DNA of 64,000 nucleotides from Perkinsus chesapeaki ATCC PRA-425 (Eukaryota > Protista > Perkinsozoa): assembly GCA_013115145.1 (NCBI GenBank), contig JAAPAO010000053.1:1-64000 (forward strand), read 5' to 3'. The notes beneath the pieces were generated by a model, which saw only the letters and a list, made by a program, of their open reading frames with translations, ran no database searches and was not told where the DNA came from. Numbering within the stretch: the first letter of the stretch is position 1; every line of letters begins with the position of its first letter. This document shows, in pieces, positions 10,200-23,601 of this stretch. The position numbers and the translations under genes were made by a program.

Positions 10200-12174
10200 T
10201 CATGGACTATTCAATTGTGCTAGAACTGTATCAGCATCTGGACGCACCTGTAAACGACGACGATCGGTAACGTCGTAACGAGACAGAGCACCTCAGGGGT
10301 CGGATTGAGCATGGCCTTGATAAGCTCGGTCAATTTTGATGGAAGCTGATCCATCTCATCGAATGGTAGATGCCCATCGCGTAAAGACTGCCATATGTCA
10401 CCATTTGGCGGGAGGGTCCGTCCGATGCCTACCAAGCCAGGGTATGCATCTACAGTCAACTCGTTCTTGTCTTACCGCATTCAAGCGCTGACGCTCCCAA
10501 TGAGAAAATATCCACTTTCGTCATGTCGTTTCCCAACGGCCGATCGGCATGACACGACAGCATTTCTCGTGGCAGATACCTTCAATAGATTGCTGGTTGA
10601 GGCGATCCAACGAATCCCACCTGGCGTCGCCACTGCCGAGGTCACTGCATGCTTCACTATTCTCGTGGATCGATGTTGCCAGGCCAAAGTCACATAGCTT
10701 GTATCTTCAAACGGGCTCAATATCGGACCGAGTAGGCTCCTGTACTTAAATCTGTCGCCCCTCATCGAGATCCTCAAGATGTTGTCGGGCTTCACATCCT
10801 TGTGAGCAACATTCATATCCATATGGAGGAACCTAGAGGCGGCGGAGGCAGCTGAGGGAGGGGGGCTCTGCTACTTCAAGGCGGCGCTGATGTCTTGCAA
10901 GACGACTGTCAACTTATCAGCACAGAATCGGCCAAGTCGAGTAACCTCTGCTGAGAGGGATTCTTCACACAGCTCGGTCTGGATATGCAACTGGCCATCT
11001 GAGGGCTGCTGCAGTCTTGCACGAGGATGCCAGCTTGATAAATACCACCTTCAAACCAGCAGCCAAAATAACGTGTTATGTGTGACGCCAAGACGCTGCT
11101 CTCCTCTCCGTAGATGTCTGCCGAGCGGCTTATTAACGCCAGCACCTACAGTGTGAGAGCGCGTCAAGTGAATTTCATCAAAGCAGGCCTACACGTGCCT
11201 CCCTAAGTATGAGCTCCTTCTCGTGGTTACCGCGATAAGGCCTAAGCCGTCGCTTTACCGCGTATCTGTAAATAGCACGAACCGCTTACAGCCACCACCG
11301 CCGCTGGCCGCACCTCTGGCCATCGAACCGGTTCTCGACGCTGAGCACTTCAGCGAAGGATCCTTCACCAACTTTCTTGAAGCCTCGAAACTCATCGTGT
11401 AGTCTAATAAGGAACCTTTCAAGATACAGAATTCATGCTTCTACCGGGAGTAATCGGTCGCGCGGCCTATCTTCCGTCGTTTCACTTCATGGCCGTGATA
11501 CACCGTGGGCGCCGCGAAGCTAAACGAGCAAGTACAACTGGGCGAACCGCCAAAACTCACTCGCGGCCTCCACCTCGATCAAGGAGCATCCGCTGCAGTC
11601 GAACGCTGGCTGGAGGATGGTTGATCACCTGAGTCGCTCGGAGTCGGTGCCGCACCATCGCGCACAATGCCCACCTTCTGATTGGTGAGGATGTGCGTGT
11701 GAGGTGTCTGTGCCACCTAACACAGTTGCATAACGAACCATACCAGCTGTGGTTTGGTACGATAGGCGTCCCGGGATAGGTCGCAAACACACTATTAGAG
11801 CTTCCGCGCCGAGTCAGGATGCCAGAGGGCAGCGACAACGGCGCTGCTGAGGGAACGTGCGGCGTGCCTAGGAGACGGATAGTGATATGGGTTTAGTGTT
11901 AGAGACGTACACAATGGTTCGTTGGCGCCTCCACTATTGGCAGCGCTCATCGGGCAGGCTGGAAACCAAGCGTATGTGGTACCGACAACCGCTGACGGAA
12001 GCAACACTTAAATCGCAATGGGCAACGATGGTCGTCGTCTTACAGTCCTTTCGAACAAGGGCTTCAGGAATCGGGCAGGTGTTAGCGCTGTGGGGCAACT
12101 AAGGGGATCAATAATGTAAGAGCCACATGACGTCGCACGTTTTCCTTCGAATGTTTTCCGTGCCAAGCTGGCAT
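10200..12174 (-). CDS. WEE1: Wee1/Myt1-family protein kinase
   Basis: VGEGSFAEV, YAVKRRLRPYRG, HKDVKPDNIL, CDFGLA, GDARYLPRE, DIFSLG and LPPNGDIWQSLRDG. GDxRY and LPxNGxxWxxLRxG are Wee1/Myt1 hallmarks. Disordered N-terminus; start approximate. Confidence 0.85.
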
Positions 12175-12282
12175 CGACGTATCCGATTCCGAACCTAGTC
12201 GGAGGTTAGTGTCCGTCACTTTGAGTTGGCCTACTGTGGGTGCGCCTCAAACGGGCTCGGCGAGGGATCGCCTTATTGTTAC

Positions 12283-13110
12283 ATGCTCTCTCGGAGCCAA
12301 CGTCGCAGAGCTCAAGGTTACCAACAGAGCTGAAAGGTTCTCAGAATTATAATCCGCGTGTATAATGTGTAGCCGTACTGCGAGGCCGAAAGGACTCGAT
12401 TAGTGGGTAATGAAAGGAAGCTTGAGGAGCTCCGTGCAGAGTCGCAGCCACCAGGCCCGGAGCTGGAGACAGAGCTCTGGCAGCATGACATGATGCACAC
12501 GAGGGCAGGTAAGAGCTCACCTGCGAGAGCGGTAGCCTTGGCAGCGCTCCACGGAAGCTTCCGCCCTGGCAAATGTTGTCGGCTTAATTGACAAGTATCG
12601 AAGACTACTTCGTAGTGCCGTTCGTCGGGAGGGCTGGCCTGGAAATCCCGCACTGGGAAGAAGCCTGGCGGGGAGGAGCAACCTGCGAGTGCAGCTCGAT
12701 GCAGGAAAAACCTGACAAGGACAGTGAAAGGGGCCTCGTTAAGCTCTGACTCTCCCGCTGAGGGCAGTCCTTCTGCTGGTGCAGCATGTTGATCGACAGG
12801 CGTCTGGCTCCATCTGAGAGGAAGCTGCTTCTAAAGGGCTGCAAGAGGAGTCCTACAGTCGCTCGACGTTGGGGATTTCAATTGGGTCATCGTCGAAGGA
12901 CTGAAGTGGACCAGGTGGACAGAAGGAGGGTTAACAGGAGGCTTACTGGGGCTCTTCTCCGAGACAGTCCAGCATAGAAGCCGGGTGTCACGCGGGGCCT
13001 GAAGGAGGTGTACTTCGAGTCGGCAATGCAGAACATGTACCCTCCGGCGAGCACCGCCCCGCTGGCATCCTCTCGTGTAGGGTTGCCATGTAACGTCATT
13101 GTAACTAAAA
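12283..13110 (+). CDS. Hypothetical protein, multi-exon, divergent from the kinase
   Basis: Coding-like exons ERTRLVGNERKLEELRAES, ALANVVGLIDKYRRLLRSAV, MLIDRRLAPSERKLLLKGCK and KEVYFESAMQNMY, with GT-AG junctions. Model uncertain. Confidence 0.4.
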
Positions 13111-13399
13111 TTTACTGACCGACCACTTCTATAGGGTTATGCCTAGAGAGACATGTATCGGTGGATCTCCTACCACTGAAGAGCAGTCCAAGGAAGGGCC
13201 CTAGGGTGCGAAGGTAGTGCCGAGGTGATTGACAACTCAGAAGAAGGTGGGATAGAGTCAAAACTATTCCTTGTATAGTTATTCGAACAAAAGAATGACT
13301 GCACGACATCACTAAGCATTACGAAAATGTAAGACAGTTGGATCCTTGTTACTAACCATAACAGAATTGTATTAGAACGGAGGTAGCCCATCGAGAAGT

Positions 13400-13841
13400 C
13401 TCGAAACCGGAGACCCCAGGTCTAGTAGAGCATAGACACGAGCGAGTCACCAAACGCTAATAGTACATAGTGGTCAGAGGAGTCATAGCCAAGATAGCGG
13501 AAGGTGTTGATGTTGAGTTCAGGACAGGAGCGGATGATCCCCGTAAGGCTGCAGTCTAGAAAGACTGTGATAAGACCCTCTTTATAGTCATAATCTTGCC
13601 AGTCACTATCAATAATACAACCGCGGCAAATCATATCATATCTAAGACGACATGATTGAGGGTCGATAAACACGAACCCGGTCACAAGTCGATCCTTGGC
13701 ATAATATGATATAGGCTTACAAACAGCTGATGATGACATCGAGATGTTGATTGGCAATGAGCGTAAAATAGGAAGCCGATAGGAAGTCGCTTAGCCGTAA
13801 AACAGTCGCTTAGCTATAACCGCTGCTCCCTCCCGGAACAA
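13400..13841. repeat. About 440-bp dispersed direct duplication, copy 2 (possible partial paralog or pseudogene on the minus strand)
   Basis: Same orientation as 8230-8673 and encodes the same ~110-aa stretch. Flanks beyond the repeat are unrelated. Confidence 0.9.
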
Positions 13842-14094
13842 GAGTCGAATGATGCGAGGTCAAGTCTAGGCTAACTTAACGGTGTGCAACACAGCATAAA
13901 GTGCTGAGCCTCAGCAGCTGAGGGGACTGGTGGGCAGGGCAGAAGATGATAGTAATGAAGACCTATTAGGCCTACTGTGATGGGCAACAGTACTACGACT
14001 CACTTCCGACCTCCTACGTATCCTGTCTGCATTAACATCATTGACGACTTCAACAAAAACAAAGGGATGGTGAAACATTGTGGAAACATTTCTT

Positions 14095-15664
14095 TTACAA
14101 GTTGACACTCTTCACAGCATCAATAAAATAGCCCGCCATCTCAGGCGACATGTCTGGCATCATACCGTGGCCGAGGTTGGCAATGTACCTGAAATAAAAC
14201 ATGAAACGGGATGCATCGCGTAGTAGCTTAGACGAGTAACAACTCACTTTGAACGCTCGCCGCCGAATGCCTTTATATTTTCAAGGACGGCCTTGGTCAC
14301 TGTGGCCTTCGGACTATAGAGCATTGCTGGGTCCAAATTGCCTACCAAAAGAGTTGCCTTGCGATCTCAAATATAAGCCTACCTTGAAGGACTTTCCCGG
14401 GTAGTTCCTTCCTGGCCTCTTCGGGCCTCTTCCTCCAGGTCAGTGAAATAACGTCATAGTCCGAGTCCTCTAAGAGAGCAAGGTCCTGAACATCCTTGGG
14501 GAAGCCTATCACCAAAGCATTAGGACGTTTCCTTTTAACCTAACTCGCAGCACGCATGCGCAACAAAGATACCCAACAAGGATGAGCGCGTGCTACCTCG
14601 GTTGGAATCCTTTTGAAGTTGTCAATACAGAACTCCTTGTAGCAATCGGGCGTTATCTCACCACCATTGGTGTCAAAAACCTACACAACAGTAGACATTT
14701 TACGACTGCCGGTGGTGGCTTACCTGCAGAATCTTCGCGCCAGCATCATACTGGTGAATGAGGTAATCGATGCAGATATTAGCTATGGCATCCATAACCT
14801 TCTTGGCATCTTCGGGGTACGAATACAGCCTGAATCGTAGAACTCCAGCCGACGCTAGAGACTGTCGGGACCTACCACGAGCGAGCCTTTGACCAGGTCT
14901 TGCTGCCGCCCCCTTCGACCATGTAGCAGAATAGCGACCAAGGCGCACCTTTGTGGGAAAATACGCACTTGAAAAGTGCGTGAAAAGAGCGTACCACAAA
15001 AGCCGATGACAGTTAGTTCGTTATTCAGCTTCGATACGGTGGCAAAAATCGCATCGTAGACATACGCTAGGCTACCAGACACGTTCGGTGTTAAATTAAG
15101 GAACCTAAGAAAAAACGGTTCGCTAGAGCTTGGGAAGAGCTGGTACTTATTGATATCCTCTGGCCTCTCAAGCTTGGGGCTGAGCACCGGACCAGTACCA
15201 GGCACCATCTCTAGGTGTTGACCCATAGCCATCGGTATGGTCAATATGTCGGAAAAAACTGAGCAAGGACCTCCAACGGCCACCACGTTGGTATCTCACC
15301 AATGCACGCATCGAGCTTTGCGAATCTTCTGAAGGGTTGTATAGTAACCTCGGACGCGAGATCCGGATTCTGGCAGACCTAAGGATCGATAATATAAAGA
15401 TATTTGCAAGTGGAGAATACCTTGACGAAATCGTGCTCGGCTCGGAGGGCTCGAAACTCTGGAAGATACCGCCCGGCCTGCCTCATGATCCATACCGGAA
15501 TTTCGTCCACTTCCTCCCCGCGAGCGGCTCGTAGCAATCTGGCCGCCAGTAGGAAACGAGAATGTTTCTCACCAGTACCTGTTTTGCTTGGGCTCGGGCC
15601 ACGACTTTCCGGCGGCAATGAAATCCTTTCTGGCCGCTGAGTAATCCACAACAGTTTCGGCCAT
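14095..15664 (-). CDS. UROD: Uroporphyrinogen decarboxylase
   Basis: Spliced: [74 protein letters not shown], ending at TAA. Confidence 0.97.
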
Positions 15665-16437
15665 CGGAAAAAACTTAACCCAAAAACTAGCAACACGTGA
15701 GCGATCCTAGAACGTCTGGTTCTGTGGGTAACAACCAAGGGCTGAAAGTGGCCCTAAAAAGAACAATAAAAGGCTGGTGAAAGATGTCTCTGTCTCTGGC
15801 CGTTTCGACTGGTAACAGCTTCCCACCGACCGTGTACATTAATGCCTTTCCTGACTAAACCTTTCAGCCCGTAAGCCTATCTTACAAGGTCCGCTTCAAT
15901 ATTAGACATTTTAAAAGCTCCATAGGTATTAGGCGAACAGAGAGCTACTCCCTAGGCGTAAAGGTCATATCTATAACTTTCAGAAATCTATGTCGCGCTC
16001 AAGGCCACCAGTTTATCGAACAGGGAAATCACGTTCACGGATAAGGACGTAAATTTCGGGCTGTACTTTCAACTACACAAAAGGATCCCCGTAATATTAA
16101 GACTCCTCGGGGAGGATGTTGCCTAATCTGTCATCTGTATGATTGGTGAGTCGAACTTCTTCGCTTTCATGAACGTCATAGAGCACCAAGTCCAAGGAGT
16201 CGGTTCTGAAGACGGCCCCGAGAACGCCGATCAAACGCCTCCACAACACCCAAGGGCCAAGAAATTAGCAGTTCTGCAGAGTTGCGCCACAGACGGAATC
16301 ATGCCTCGCTCCGCCGTCAAAATGATTCATGTTTAGTGATTTTTATGCGTCGCTCCGCCTATTTTAGAAGCTATTTTTCTCTTTACTTGTCCCTCGATCG
16401 TCGTTCATCCGTTGCTTACAGTTTTTGGCGTTCAAGA

Positions 16438-19400
16438 ATGTCCCTTTCCACCCCAGCGGCGGCGTATCTTCATCGCAAGGGCTCAGCTGAGCTGAGACCT
16501 CTCAGAATCTTAGTGGCCAACAATGGTCTTTCAGCCACAAAGTTCATAAGAAGCACGGCCAAGGCTCAATTGCAGCCAGAAACGTAACCTTTCGGGAATC
16601 TTGCATGCGTCAAGCTTGGATATCCATCAGGTGTATTACTAGAGGAGTTGATCTATATGTCATGGAGACTCCTGATGACAGGGAGGCCGGGCTTGCGTAT
16701 AGGTCGGAGCCTAACCCCCTGCTGCCGGCAGGATGCGGTGCTAGAGTGGTCCCTGTAGAGGCCCCTGCTGGGCCTGGTGCAAATAACTACGGCAATGTCG
16801 AGGTAGAAACTTTGGGACGTAGAGAAAAATACGGTATGGCGGATTAGGTCATTCGTCGTCTCGCAATCGAGAACGAATGCGACATGATCTGGCCAGGCTG
16901 GGGCCATGCTTCTGAGAACCCAGAGCTACCCGAGGCCTTCCAAAACACCGGAATAGAGTTCATAGGACCCTCGACTGAGTAATAGCCCGCCCTACGGCCG
17001 TTCACTATCCTCCTCCAGATGCATGAGGCTCCTCGGCGATAAGGCAGAGTCCACCATAACCGCCAAGAAGTGCGGCGTTCCCTGCATCCCCTGGTCGGGA
17101 GATTACCCAGATCTCGCCACAGAGGGATTCGTAGCAGATGCTGAGGCCGCTGCTGAATGCTGTGATAGAATCGGTTATCCATGCATGATCAAGGCAGCCA
17201 TGGGCGGAGGTGGAAAAGGTAATAGCATGCCCGGTTGGGCTGAGCTTTAGTACGTAATAGGCATCCGAATGGTATCTTGCCGCGAGGAGGTCGCCGATAA
17301 GTACGATCTGGTCAGAGGGGAGATCCCAACCGGCGGTATTATGGTTATGAGATGCGTCACTAGAGCGCGACATTTTGAGGTGCAGATTCTTGCCGATAAG
17401 TACGCGCGCCAGGAAATTGCCGAGGGTCGAGCTGGGCTTTAGATACAACAATGTGGTGGCTCTGAGTACCCGAGATTGCTCCCTCCAGAGACGCCAACAG
17501 AAAATGGTCGAAGAAGGCCCGGTGGTCCATACCAGCCATGAGCGCGTTCTCGAAATGCAGAAGTGCGCTGAGAGGCTGTGTGCTGAAGTCGGGTAGGACG
17601 CCTTGGCGGTTAGGATTGTGATACGGGAGCTTGTTGCTTGAGGGCAGGTACGAGTCGGCGGGCACTGTAGAGTTTTTGTACGATATAGAGACCGATAACT
17701 ATTATTTCTTGGAAGTCAATACGAGGCTGCAAGTGGAGCATCCGGTCACTGAGCTCCTCAGCGGCGTAAATCTTCCGAGTGCGATGATCCAAGTATCTTT
17801 GGGGAAGTCGCTTTACGACATACCAGATGTCGCAGCATTTTTGGCGGATCCTGATCGTTACAGATTCAAGGATAGGCATGTTATGGCCTGCCGTATCACA
17901 GCCGAGGTAAGATACTTTTCGAGGTCGATTAGAACCCCCTGTCCCCTCAGGCTGCTGATGATGGCTTCCGTCCCACCGCTGGTGTTGTTGAGCGTGTGAA
18001 GCTATACGAGGACCAGATCAGCTACGAGGAGCTCAATGAAGATGTCTTGTAGGGCAGTTCCGTCTACTGGCTTCCCGATTTCGTTACGCCGTTTTTCAGC
18101 CTCTACTATTTTTCGATTGCCGCAGATGGCAAAAAGAAGGCTGCAATCACCCAGTACTCGGATAGCCAGTTCGGTCACATTTTCGTAGTTGGTAAGCTCG
18201 CCCGGAGGCGGCGGCCATCGTCGAGTTGATGATGAGCCCTTGCCGGCAGGTTCGGACCGTCGTGACGCTGTAAGGCGCATGGTTGAGGTGTTGAGGAATG
18301 TAGAGGTTGTTGGGGAGATCAAGTGCAGTGTCGACTATATTAGAGAGGTACGTTGGCCATGTGGAATCTTGCTGGCCCAGTGGCGCTGAACAGCCGCAGC
18401 TACTCCCGCGCGGGTACGCAATTGTCTGTAGTAGAAGCATTGAAATAGTTACGGCAAGGCGCTAATGCTGATAGTGGATTCCGACCCATTTTTGCACAGC
18501 AATATATTCGCCATGGCGATTCTGTGGGAGAAGCTAGAGGCTTGAGTGCTTAATGTTTCGATCAAGAATTATATTAGACCTGCCTGGACGAGGTCCTTTA
18601 AGGTGGATCTGTGAATATATTCGTCATAGGCTTATACTGTAGGTGATAGTATCTTACGTTCAGGTCATGCGCACGAGTGAGTTTGAGAATGACACCTACC
18701 ACACCAACTGGCTCCTGTCGCCCACTGAGGGCCAGAAGGTCATCACCAAGGCCATCGCCATGGACTCTGTGGTGAATGGCAGTCTCGTCCTGGCCAAGGT
18801 TGGCGTGGCGGCTGCTATCTGCAAGTAGCATGACCACCTGTCAGCGCTTACCGGTCACTTTCCTGTGGTTCAGGTTCCTGTATCAATCTTTACGTGCCGA
18901 GTCCCAGTTCGAGGCCAAGTTGTCTGCTGCACAATTGCCGCCTCATCTGGCCACCACAATGCACGAGGATGTCGTCCTTGGCAAATGCGGTCGTCTGCCC
19001 TACAGGCCCTGCAAGTTTTTGACCCAGGTCTCAGCCACCGGCCCGGATACCTTCTGCGTCACCCTAACGATGCCCAACGGTGAACAGATCGCTATACCCT
19101 ACTTGCACGCGGAGCCGGTGAGCGGAGATATCTACGAGTTCCGTTTGAGTGGGTGGCAGTTCAACCCCACTGGTCAGCGTGTCGTCTTCGCTCCCCACGG
19201 TGAGACATTGACGATGTACTTTGGTGAGTGTAAGAGTGAGAGCTGGGACATCGTTCGTGAGGTCGACCCTCATGAGGTCCGCTCCCAGATGGCTGGTAGT
19301 GTCCACTCCTTAAAGGTCTCGGACGGCGACCGTGTCGAGGCCGGCTCTGTGATATGCCAGGTCGAGGCCATGAAGATGTTCATGCCTATATTGATGCCCT

Positions 19401-22400
19401 TCACTGGTGTCATCAAGTTCAATGTGGCGCCAGGCAGCACTCTCAAGGTTAACGACCTTATCGCTACTCTCAGCGATTTGGAGGTAGACGACCCGGCCAA
19501 GTTGGAGGACCGCAAGCCCCAAGTTTACTCGGATGACGCAGTCCTTCACAAGAGGCGCATGCCTGTCCAGTTCGACCCCAAGGAGGTTAAGAGCGTTATG
19601 AGGGGATACGAGCTCATCGGTATGACGCCCCACGAGTTCGTGGCGCAGGTGGCCGAATACGTCCTCACCGAGGGGGAGCAACTCGATGGCAGCTACGACA
19701 CCACCGCTGCACAAGATATACTGGAGATGATGGTGAAGATCGAGGACCCTGCTGATGAGATGCTGGCCCATCTCAGTCATATGAACCCTGGGCCTTCTCG
19801 ATTGGCCCTGTCTGTGGCGAAGGCTGGGTTGGTAGATCCTAACGATATGGATCTCCTCATGGACATAGCCAGGAGCCGCAGAAACACCAGACTGCGGGTT
19901 GACATTGCCATGTGTGTGATCGCAGTGCTTTGGGAGAAGTCTGCCTGGGTTGAGCCACTTGAGAAGATGCGTAAGTGGAAGACAGCCGATATGGAGAACT
20001 TGAAGCTGGCTGCTGGAGCTTTGACTCTGAAGGCCAACGGTATCACTACGACCGACACCGTTGCCGAGCCCATCCTTACTGTTATCGATGAGGTGCCGCT
20101 CTGCCGCGTGGATAACACTGGAGCTAGCCCTAATGATCTCAGCAGCTTGAGCTCATCGGAGGGTAACTCGAGCTCTGAGGAGAGTGTTGTGGCGCCGCAG
20201 ATGGCCAGAAGCCCACTGAAACGCATGATAAGAAACGACAGTGTTCGCAGTCTGTTCGAGAGAGCTCTCGGACGACGCACCTCAGAGAAGGTGTCAACTG
20301 GTTTGAGGTTGGAGGTGGTAAAGGATCTGTGGCCAGTGGCTAAGGATAACATTGCCGATCCTTACACCTACTACTCGCAGCTCAATTTCAACCTCCAGAG
20401 CGCTACTGAAATGCGCTGGTCGGACTCAGTCGTCGGAGGGGCCCGAAAAATGGACAACCTCTTCACAGCGGAAGTTCATCTGGACGAGACCGCTGGCGAC
20501 TACGTGAAGGAGGTTGTTGCTATGTACCAGAGGATGCGCCGTGAGCTTACTATGGCCGGACCGAGTCTGGGGGATCGCAGAACCCATCTGAGAATCGACG
20601 TTGCTCCGGCTCGACTGTTGAAGGGTACCACCGATGAGGCGTGTGCTGAAGCTCTCCGTATCGGCCTTAATGAGGGCAGCCAAGTTGTGAACAAGGAAGC
20701 ACCGGTGGCCAGTGTCGCGGTTGTCTTGGGGCCACATAGGAGGTGAGCAGCAGTCGGTCAAGGTTGTCAGCAGCCAGAGTCAAGTCTATCAGGTTCTATT
20801 TCCACAACTCAGCAGTCGTGTCCGAGGCCAAGTTCGATGAGCTTGTTCTGTACCGTAACGTGCCTCCTCATAGGTGGCAGGAGCTCGAGTGGCGAAGGTT
20901 CCAGAATTACGTGGTGAAGCCTTTGCCGCTGGGACCGTGTCCGAACGCCTACTCGCCATTGTCGCCTCAAGACGTCACCGACTTCGCTTCGGTGGTGCAA
21001 GCTACTCCGAGGGAGTTCAATAAAGGTGAGCTGCTGAGGGCGCCGGTGTGACGGAAAGATTCCTCAGGCAAGTGGGCCGAGCCTATCCTCAGCGCCGGCG
21101 CGTTTGTGACCAGTAGTGGCGCTACGTCGACGCCGGTGAAGCTAATAGAGAGCGCTATGATCGCGGCTTTGGACTGTCTGATGCTAAACACAAAGGGGCC
21201 TAGGAGGACCAAACAGCAGTGCAACAGGTAACGGAAGCAGGGTCATAAAACCCCACGGGCGATGCTAGCACTCAGAATGTACTTGTCCGTCAACTGCCCC
21301 GAGTGGGATGATGGAAAGGACGCTGATGAGGACGATGATGAGATGGGCGACAACTCGGCAATTTTGGGCCGTTCCCTCAGCGAGGCTGAGAAGCTCGTGG
21401 CCGCCGCCGTCCGCGGATATTCATCGGTCCTATGGGCGTATGCCAACGATCTAGAGGTACCACGGGCTTTGCCTTCCGACCTCGAAAGGAATCTTTTACA
21501 GGTCCGCCTGTCCTTCGGTCAACACATGCCCATCAGAGTATTTGCTCGAGGCACTCCATCACAGCTCGATGTCACCACGACGGCCTACCACGAAGTCCGG
21601 CATCCCACCACAGGAGTGTTGCAGCTCAGACGCCTGCCCAATCCGGATGATGGCAGCCTAGCTGAGGCCGACGGTGTCGACGTTGATGCCCCCTTGCAGC
21701 AGCCTGAGGGTGTTACCGTCAGGAGGCACGCTGCTGAGCGATTGGATGTAGGCTTCCCGTTGGACTTGTCCATGAGTTTTCTCATATGAGAGGCGCAGCA
21801 TGTGTCGTCATCCCCGAGCGCTTTGATATATCTCCACTGGTCATTATTGATATGTCAGACCACATACGTCTACGACTTCCTAGAGCTCTTCGAGCAAGCC
21901 GTCAGAGAGGAGTGGCGTCGAAAGAAGAGCGGCCATCAGGCTCGTATCATTCTATCCGAAACCAAGCGTTTCGTTAAGGTTGAAGAGCTCAGGCTGAAGC
22001 CAGGTAAGAGTCACCCGGGGGCAGTCTGTGAAGGCGATGCTTCTTTTGTCAGGCATGGAGGACCCTCTGCGGGACAAGGACCCGGCGTCGATGCTGGACT
22101 TCATCCCCAACTCTCCCGGTACAAACAACATTGGCATGGTGGCTTGGAAGCTGACCATGAAGGTAGGTTGCGGGTCGAACCCCGGAAGCGGCTTTTTATG
22201 TATTTTTTTCAGATGCCTGAGTGGCCCGCTGGCCGTGACGTTTATGTCGTTGCCAATGACATCACCTTCATTCAAGGCTCCTTCGCTCCGCTAGAGGATG
22301 AACTCTTCTATTACGTTTCCAAGCTGGCCAGACTTTCTGGCGCGCCACGAATTTATATTGCAGGCAACTCCGGTGCCAGACTGGGCATTGCCAAGGAGGT

Positions 22401-23601
22401 TTACAGCAAGTTCAAGGTGGCCTGGCGTGAGAACTCCCCGAGCGAAGTTGACTATCTTTACCTCGACCGTAAGGACTATGAGGCCATCCCGGACTCGGTC
22501 CGCGGCGAGTGGGTCGGTGACCGATTCAAGATCACCACAATAATCGGCAAGGAGAATGGCATCGGTGTGGAGTGTCTATCGGCATCTGGCCTCATCGCTG
22601 GAGAGACCTCGCTCACCTACGACCAGAACATGACCATGACCTACGTCACCGCAAGAACCGTCGGTATTGGTGCTTATTTGGCCCGGCTGAGTCAGCGTAT
22701 CATACAGAAGAGAACGGCTCCTATTATCCTCACCGGCTTCAAGGCCCTTAACTCGGTCATCGGCAAGGAGGTCTACACCAGCAACGATGATATTGGCGGC
22801 CCACATGTAATGTTCACCAACGGCATCACTCAGACCACCGTGGACGATGATCTCTCTGGTGTGCGTGAGATGGTGAAGAGGATAGCTATGCTTCGCGAGC
22901 CGCAGGCGCCGCTAGGTAAGTTGCCCCATCCTGCTGGTCCAGAATGCATCTACGACAACAAGTCCTTTGAGGAGCAGATGGAAGGCTGGGCCCCGAGCGT
23001 GCGTGTTGGTCGCGCCACGGTGGGCGGGTCTCCCGTTGGGATTGTCATGTGTGCCACTGAGACCACCACAGCTGTTCGCCTGGCCGATCCTGCTGACCCT
23101 AACTCCAGCGAGAAGACCATCACCTATGAGCCCGGAGTGCTGTATGCTAATGGCGTCTCCAAGGTGGCACAGACGGTCAGCGATCTTATCACCGAGGACC
23201 TTCCGTTGGTAATGGTATTGAACTGCCGTAAGGTAGATAGTAGCGACGTCGAGATGAACCATAACGTGGCCCACTTGATTGAGGAGCTTGTCCGGTTCGA
23301 GAAGGCCGGTAAGCCTCTGATAGTGCTACCGGCCAAGGGCTGCCGCCTGGCCCCTGAGGTAAAGACCGTCATTGAATCAGCCTCCCCGAGTAGCTACATC
23401 TTCGATAACTCTTACGGCACGCGAGATATGTGGACATGTCTGTCCCTGACCGACAGCGAGAGCTATTCTTGGAACGAGCTTAGAGGGTGGTTGGCATGCT
23501 TCATAGGCTGTGAGGAGGAACAGTTTAATGGTGCTGTGGGGAGCAATGATGATATTGATGTTATTAAGAGGGAGTTGTTGGGATATATTAAAGAAGGGTA
23601 A
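16438..23601 (+). CDS. ACC: Multidomain eukaryotic-type acetyl-CoA carboxylase-like protein (BC-BCCP-central-CT), CT C-lobe degenerate
   Basis: BC motifs [57 protein letters not shown]. Biotinylation site EAMKM. CT N-lobe [28 protein letters not shown]. No obvious N-terminal targeting peptide. Confidence 0.95.

Noticed and set aside
16138-16336. Short ORF upstream of ACC as a possible targeting-peptide exon
   Set aside because: It ends in a stop, I found no in-frame GT-AG join to the ACC start, and it is not signal-peptide-like.
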